Source: a virus
Length of the DNA stretch: 64,000 bases
IMG/VR virus record: IMGVR_UViG_3300028030_000007
Location: 24,342 to 88,341 of that record
Reading direction: 5' to 3' (one strand)
Shown here: piece by piece, positions 59,221 through 64,000 of the stretch
Position numbering within the stretch: position 1 is the first letter of the stretch
How the letters are laid out: every line of letters starts with the position of its first letter
Position numbers and translations under genes: made by a program
The notes under the pieces: generated by a model
What the model saw: only the letters and a program-made list of their open reading frames with translations
Databases searched by the model: none
Told to the model about the DNA's origin: nothing

Positions 59221-60617
59221 AGATCACTATCAATATCAGCGTCGATATCGGTAAGACTGTTTAAGATGTCATCATCAAGACTATCATCTAGTTTTATGAT
59301 TTCACCGTTGTCGTCCACCGTGTAACCTTCAACCTCATTACCGTTTTCATCGATGATCTTTCCATCGACAACCGCCATAATAATATCTTCGGTGTTTGAA
59401 GTTATGGTATCCTCCACATCAGCACTAACTTTTGTAATCACCGCCTTCTCAGCGAGCTTTGAAAGCTCATCGTCATCAATGTTTTTGAACCCCTCCATGA
59501 TCTTCTCTTTACACATGGAAAACATTTCTTCCATATGACCGAGTTCCACCATCTTATGTCGGAATCTTTCTATTCCAACGTATTCAACCTTTTTACCAGT
59601 TGATGGTGATGTGTACGAGAACACGTCACGTCTTTGTTTATTCTTAGTCTTTTTGACGATACCGTAAGCTTCTGCTACGTTAAGCATCGTTCTTACCTCG
59701 TCGATACCAACACCGTATCGAATAGTGATAAGACCAGAGTGCCCCTGTTTTGGCGCGATCTTATTCTTGATCATTTTAACTTCGATATCAGTGCTAATTT
59801 GAATGTCCTCATTCTTCTTAAGGATTGGATTATAGATCTTCGCTTTGGCAGACATCCTCGGTTTTAGCATCATCCTAATGACAGTCCAGAACTTCAAAGC
59901 GTTACCACCTGGAGTGGTCTTTAACGTTTCCTCGGCTTTAGCAAAAGAAGACGCCCTTAGGTTATCCCTTGTTTGATTGAGAAACAGAACAACAGTTCCA
60001 CTTCTTTTAATCACAGCTTGAAGTTTGGGGAGCCACGTGCTCATAAGACGTGGGATCTCAGCCATACCGACTTTGTCTTTTTCGTCCATTGAATCTCGAC
60101 TGGCTTCCTTTTTTGAAACTAGCCCGGCAACAGAGTCAATAACGATCATGTCAATCTTAGCCATAGCAGCGTTCATGACAGCCGATTCCGTTTCCTCGAA
60201 CGTACGCGGTGCGATTCTCATAGCCTGACCAGTTCCGCCCATTGACGGTGGACGAAAATCAACACCGAGTTTCATCGCGTAAGTGTCAACAACCGCGTGC
60301 TCTAGGTCAACATAAAGGCCAACCCCGCCTCTTTTAATCTCTTGTCCCATAGCAGTAAGAGCGATCGTCGATTTCCCTGATGATTCTCTACCATAAATTT
60401 CAACCATATGCCCCTTCGGCCATCCAGGGCATACCATAGAACCGTCAGAAAGTTTTGATCCGCCGATAAGCATATCAAGGACCGTACTTCCTGTTGGCGT
60501 ATAGTCCATTTTCAACGATGGGGTTACATACACATCATCAGAAAGTCCCTTGGCCTTTGCTAGTGCCATGAACTTCTTTAACTTCGCATTGAGCTTTGTC
60601 TTTACCTTAGCCATCAT
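59217..60617 (-). CDS. recA: RecA recombinase with acidic C-terminal extension
   Basis: PTGSTVLD, VEIYGRESSGKST, YVDLEHA, MIVIDSVA, FLNQTR, TTPGGNALKFW, KNKIAP. Confidence 0.95.
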   Translation of the reverse strand: MMAKVKTKLNAKLKKFMALAKAKGLSDDVYVTPSLKMDYTPTGSTVLDMLIGGSKLSDGSMVCPGWPKGHMVEIYGRESSGKSTIALTAMGQEIKRGGVGLYVDLEHAVVDTYAMKLGVDFRPPSMGGTGQAMRIAPRTFEETESAVMNAAMAKIDMIVIDSVAGLVSKKEASRDSMDEKDKVGMAEIPRLMSTWLPKLQAVIKRSGTVVLFLNQTRDNLRASSFAKAEETLKTTPGGNALKFWTVIRMMLKPRMSAKAKIYNPILKKNEDIQISTDIEVKMIKNKIAPKQGHSGLITIRYGVGIDEVRTMLNVAEAYGIVKKTKNKQRRDVFSYTSPSTGKKVEYVGIERFRHKMVELGHMEEMFSMCKEKIMEGFKNIDDDELSKLAEKAVITKVSADVEDTITSNTEDIIMAVVDGKIIDENGNEVEGYTVDDNGEIIKLDDSLDDDILNSLTDIDADIDSDL

Positions 60618-61297
60618 ATCTCCAGAAATTTTGATACATCGGTAGCTTTAGGAAGCATAATTTCATCTTTATCGACTTTTGAAAAGCGGTAGTATCTCTT
60701 GTTTTCTTTGAACAAGTGGGCTGTCCTAATAGTCTTTTTACCGATGAGAGTCTTCCTTGTACGCTTCCGCTCAAGGAAAACATGTTTTTGTTGTTTAGTC
60801 AATTCATCCACACTAATGGATTCGTTCGCAAATAGGTAGAATTGTGATGCAAACTTAGCGATACAATACGCGTCTGCTTCGTCATTTCCAATAATCTCTA
60901 ACATCGAGGTATCTTCTTTGACGTAGTTTTGCATGTATTTCTTATCTGCTTTTGCATTCCCTGCCAAATATTTGACAGTGGTTGGATCAAATAATACACA
61001 ATCTATTCTATTATTGAACACAGATTCCATGCTGTATATCATTAGTGCAAAATGATTTTCACTGTAGTTGCCTCCGCCATATGCTGGCGATTCGATCCCC
61101 ACAACGTCCGGTTTTATTCTTTTTAGTATTTCATCGATCGCATTTCGAATAATAATGAACCTCATCACCGGGACCATCTTCACATTCGTGTTGATGGTCC
61201 CGGAGTCGAGGAGTTTAAGTTGAGGGACTTTTGAGTTGCCATCGTAGGCTGCCCATCCGAAACTTCGTAACGATGGGTCTAAACCTACTGAAATCAT
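60614..61297 (-). CDS. ruvC: RuvC-like Holliday junction resolvase
   Basis: VGLDPSLRSFGW, PDVVGIE, PTTVKYLAGNAKADK, NDEADAYCIA. Confidence 0.88.
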   Translation of the reverse strand: MISVGLDPSLRSFGWAAYDGNSKVPQLKLLDSGTINTNVKMVPVMRFIIIRNAIDEILKRIKPDVVGIESPAYGGGNYSENHFALMIYSMESVFNNRIDCVLFDPTTVKYLAGNAKADKKYMQNYVKEDTSMLEIIGNDEADAYCIAKFASQFYLFANESISVDELTKQQKHVFLERKRTRKTLIGKKTIRTAHLFKENKRYYRFSKVDKDEIMLPKATDVSKFLEI

Positions 61298-61303
61298 TAT
61301 TGA

Positions 61304-62167
61304 CTATTTAGTGAACATATCATCATAAGATGAGACAAGTTTAGGTGCCTCTTCCTCACCAGATTCACCGACCGAAAGACCGAGCTTTTCGATGAGTTCT
61401 TCCTTTTTCATTCCATAACCTAGATTATAGGGAACGCTCTTATGAAGCTTAAGCCCCATTTCTAGGATCCACTTTCGAATCTCTGGATCCACATTCTTTT
61501 TCGCCCAAGCGGCGGTGCCAGCGGACTCGATGATCTGCTTTTGGTATCTTGGATCGCCATCCAACGTGACCCTCATGTCAACAGTGGTCTTACCGTCACT
61601 TCTCGCGTCAGCGTAGGTTGACTCAAGTTGCTTGAACTTCTTAGGGGAGAACGTCCAAACGTAGAATTTGGTGTACTTCTTTTTCATCAGAAGTTCCATG
61701 TCAACCTGTCCACGATCATCGACAGGATAGGTCATGATGACGGTGCCGATCTTTTGTGATGGTTCACCGATATGCTTGCAGCAAATCTCTTCTTCCACAA
61801 GAGTGCTGCCCTCATACTTGGACAAGCACTTGATCGTTCCGATTCCATCCTTGTAGTGGGTGAAAGAAAACGAGAACCTAGGGGACCTGATGTCAAGACG
61901 ATCGGCGTCAGTAAGTTCACTCACCGGCTTTTCGAGTTCGTCCGCGATCTTTTGGTCGATCTTTTCAAAAAGCTCTTTCTTTTCGTCCATCGACAGATCC
62001 GCTCCGCGTTCTCTTACCTTTCGAGCCAGAACGATGTCATGGTGCGTTTTGAACGAAATGATAGAAACGCGGTGACGCTCACCGGGCTTCGACTGTTTAA
62101 ACAGCTCAACGCTCTTAGTTTTTACGACGTTAGCATCATCAAATCCGAAATCAATTACTTCACTCAT
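61304..62167 (-). CDS. Putative single-stranded DNA-binding protein (gp32-like)
   Basis: Sits in the recA-ruvC cluster; THY...C...CC motif, FYVWTFSPKKF, DMRVT...YQK, acidic C-terminal tail ending YDDMFTK. Confidence 0.65.
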   Translation of the reverse strand: MSEVIDFGFDDANVVKTKSVELFKQSKPGERHRVSIISFKTHHDIVLARKVRERGADLSMDEKKELFEKIDQKIADELEKPVSELTDADRLDIRSPRFSFSFTHYKDGIGTIKCLSKYEGSTLVEEEICCKHIGEPSQKIGTVIMTYPVDDRGQVDMELLMKKKYTKFYVWTFSPKKFKQLESTYADARSDGKTTVDMRVTLDGDPRYQKQIIESAGTAAWAKKNVDPEIRKWILEMGLKLHKSVPYNLGYGMKKEELIEKLGLSVGESGEEEAPKLVSSYDDMFTK

Positions 62168-62193
62168 TTTGTTTTTACCTGTGTTATCTGTGT

Positions 62194-62240
62194 TGTGGTT
62201 TGTGGTTTGTGGTTTGTGGTTTTATTTGTGGTTTGTGGTT
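62194..62240. repeat. Heptamer array (TGTGGTT)x4 + 5 nt + (TGTGGTT)x2 in the 5' leader of the SSB gene
   Basis: Units start at 62194, 62201, 62208, 62215, 62227 and 62234; reads AACCACA on the coding strand. Confidence 0.92.
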
Positions 62241-62297
62241 TGTTGTTTTATGTCATGTTGCTCCTTTATGTGTTATATACACACTACATTCGTTATT

Positions 62298-62963
62298 TCA
62301 TAGTTTATCGAATGCAGTTGTAGGAAGTTTGACCTCTTCTTCATCGTTATCGCCCTCGTCTTTTTCTTCAACGATAGACACCTGATAACCGAAGATTTCT
62401 TCAATAGACCCACCATCATTTCTAACCGGGGTTGAAACGTTTCCATCAGCCATTCTAGGATCTGACCCCTGTCCGTCATACATGAAGGTCTGTTTGTCTT
62501 CTTTAATGATCTGTCTTTGCGTTTTTATGTCTGAGTTGGTTCTTACAAGATTTTGATGCTGCATCTTGATGATCTTATATACGTCTTCAAATGACTCCAT
62601 GTTCTGTTTTAATTCAGAGATCATAGAAAGTTCATCGTGAAGATATGTCATCGCTAACGCTTTTCTGTCCTCAAATGACGATCGTTGCTTTACAGATTCG
62701 TCATTTGCTAACAAATCGCTAAACTTCATATCATAATCAGTTTGAGCCAGTAAAAGTTCTCTTTTAACCGCTCTTATTTGAATCTGAAGCTTTTGCATAT
62801 AATAAACGATTCTATTCGTATATGACCGGCATTGACTTAGCCTTTCGTTTATATAAAGATTCCCTAAACTTGGAAGTGTCGGATCTTCCTCTAGTTGAAC
62901 TTCAAACCCTGACACCTCTTCAAGAATTTCATCGAGTTGTTCTTGTGTATATCTACTTTCCAT
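62298..62963 (-). CDS. Coiled-coil protein, possibly UvsY-like recombination mediator
   Basis: All-helical two-arm pattern with acidic tail, next to SSB and RecA. Function is inferred. Confidence 0.45.
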   Translation of the reverse strand: MESRYTQEQLDEILEEVSGFEVQLEEDPTLPSLGNLYINERLSQCRSYTNRIVYYMQKLQIQIRAVKRELLLAQTDYDMKFSDLLANDESVKQRSSFEDRKALAMTYLHDELSMISELKQNMESFEDVYKIIKMQHQNLVRTNSDIKTQRQIIKEDKQTFMYDGQGSDPRMADGNVSTPVRNDGGSIEEIFGYQVSIVEEKDEGDNDEEEVKLPTTAFDKL

Positions 62964-63762
62964 TACTAACTATAATCTCTGTGAATTTTTGCTTATAATC
63001 AGATGGGCCGCCTATTGTGCGAACCCCATCAGTGTATTCGATCTTATAATCAGAGTACATTTGTATGACGAATGGGTTATCAGAGTTAGATAGTGCCAAG
63101 CCACAGCCTATGTCGTTTAACCTGTCAAACTCTATGTAAAGTCGCGCGTGATCCTTTTTTGTAAAACCGTCAGACGTATAGCTCGTAAACTTTGAAGTTT
63201 TAGACAGCGGGAAGTATGGCGGGTCTAAATAAACGAAGTGATCCTTAGTCGCTAGTTTTGTAGTTTCGATGAAGTCACCACGAACTATGTCAACTTTTTG
63301 TAAAGCTTCAGAGCACTCTCTTAGGTTACGTTCCCTTAAAATCGTCGGGTTTTTACGATTCCCAAATGGAACGTTGAACGCGCCGCTTTTATTGACTCTA
63401 TAAAGACCGTTGAAAGACGTAGCGTTCAAATATAAAAACAGCACAGTTCTTTCTGTCGGATCCGTTGTGTTATTGAATCGACTTCTATTTTCCAGGTATT
63501 GTTCTTTACTTGTCTGATCAACAAGCTCATTGAGTCCATCGATTACATCATTAATGTTATGCTTGATGTTAACATACGCATCGATTAAATCATCACATTT
63601 ATCGGATATCGTGGCGTGGTCTATCTTTCCCTGTTCAATGAGTGAGAAAACAATAGATCCACCTCCGATAAACGGCTCTATGTAATCCTTCCTGTTTACT
63701 TTACTTATTATTTTATTGGCGATTTTTCTTTTACCGCCAACCCACTTAACGAATGGAGTCAT
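62953..63762 (-). CDS. dam: DNA adenine methyltransferase (Dam/D12 class)
   Basis: PFVKWVGGK, YIEPFIGGGS, FLYLNATSFNGLYRVNKSGAFNVPFG, FVYLDPPY. Confidence 0.93.
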   Translation of the reverse strand: MTPFVKWVGGKRKIANKIISKVNRKDYIEPFIGGGSIVFSLIEQGKIDHATISDKCDDLIDAYVNIKHNINDVIDGLNELVDQTSKEQYLENRSRFNNTTDPTERTVLFLYLNATSFNGLYRVNKSGAFNVPFGNRKNPTILRERNLRECSEALQKVDIVRGDFIETTKLATKDHFVYLDPPYFPLSKTSKFTSYTSDGFTKKDHARLYIEFDRLNDIGCGLALSNSDNPFVIQMYSDYKIEYTDGVRTIGGPSDYKQKFTEIIVSNGK

Positions 63763-63767
63763 ACTCT

Positions 63768-63775
63768 ATATTACA
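63768..63775 (-). promoter_or_regulatory. TGTANNNT motif, 5 nt before the dam ATG
   Basis: TGTAATAT-agagt-ATG. Confidence 0.6.
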
Positions 63776-64000
63776 ATCGTACGTATCCTAGTATCATATT
63801 GACAAAGTGTTTATTTGAAAGCGCCCAGCTTCCTCTTTTGTCTCTTATAAGATCAATAACAAATCTCGGGTCTAAACCGAATCCTTTCACTAACGTTAAG
63901 GCAGTGACAACACCAGATCGGTTTCTACCCTCCATACAGGTGATCAAAACTTTCTTTCCATCCATAGCGTCTTTTATTGCGTAATCCGACGCTTCGTTTA
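63771..64000 (-). CDS. Dual-specificity / protein-tyrosine phosphatase family protein (5' end beyond the right edge)
   Basis: KVLITCMEGRNRSG (CX5R); the frame stays open to position 64000. Confidence 0.85.
   Translation of the reverse strand, partial: NEASDYAIKDAMDGKKVLITCMEGRNRSGVVTALTLVKGFGLDPRFVIDLIRDKRGSWALSNKHFVNMILGYVRL

Noticed and set aside
52143-60617. Inteins or introns in polA or recA
   Set aside because: Motif spacing is near normal; the extra length is C-terminal low-complexity sequence with no splicing or homing-endonuclease motifs.
62194-62240. CRISPR array or telomere-like repeat
   Set aside because: The units are 7 bp with no spacers and no cas genes, and lie within a gene leader.
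61732-62385. Plus-strand ORFs over SSB and its leader, including 183-aa 61772..62323
   Set aside because: Antisense shadows; the apparent hydrophobic stretch is just the TGTGGTT repeat. The many other short nested ORFs in the track were rejected on the same grounds.
1-64000. Alternative genetic code (TGA or TAG reassignment), prompted by the TGA at 47747
   Set aside because: Multi-kb ORFs are intact under the standard code, and TGA, TAG and TAA all end genes at sensible places, including many ATGA overlaps.

Overview
This window is part of a large, AT-rich contractile-tailed (myovirus-like, probably jumbo) bacteriophage genome read with the standard code. The TilS, bacterial-type RecA and sigma factor point to a bacterial host. 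The + strand from about 0.6 to 48.7 kb is a tail and baseplate module: putative tail terminator, a 1686-aa sheath, tube, two chaperones, tape measure, two tube-initiator paralogues, hub, spike, gp25-like and baseplate-J-like wedge proteins, and very large fibre or wedge proteins. It is interrupted by a volactin-like actin gene, phoH and small orphan genes. From about 51.6 to 64 kb is a mostly minus-strand replication and recombination module: family A polymerase, half of an SbcC/Rad50, RecA, RuvC, SSB, a UvsY-like protein, Dam and a dual-specificity phosphatase, with a + strand HD-hydrolase/MazG island. tilS is cut by the left edge. No capsid, portal, terminase, tRNA, rRNA or CRISPR array was seen. 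The most unusual signals are: (1) a ~40-aa helix + H-x6-H repeat that always occurs in multiples of three (6 copies in the sheath, 15 in a 1947-aa tail protein), suggesting hexa-His metal sites on the tail; (2) a volactin-like actin flanked by proteins with basic, possibly DNA-binding tails; (3) a shared basic N-terminal leader ending in [KR]-x-A on several small proteins; (4) a TGTANNNT motif 4-7 nt upstream of several start codons, suggesting leaderless mRNAs. All family assignments come from motif recognition by eye, not from database searches.
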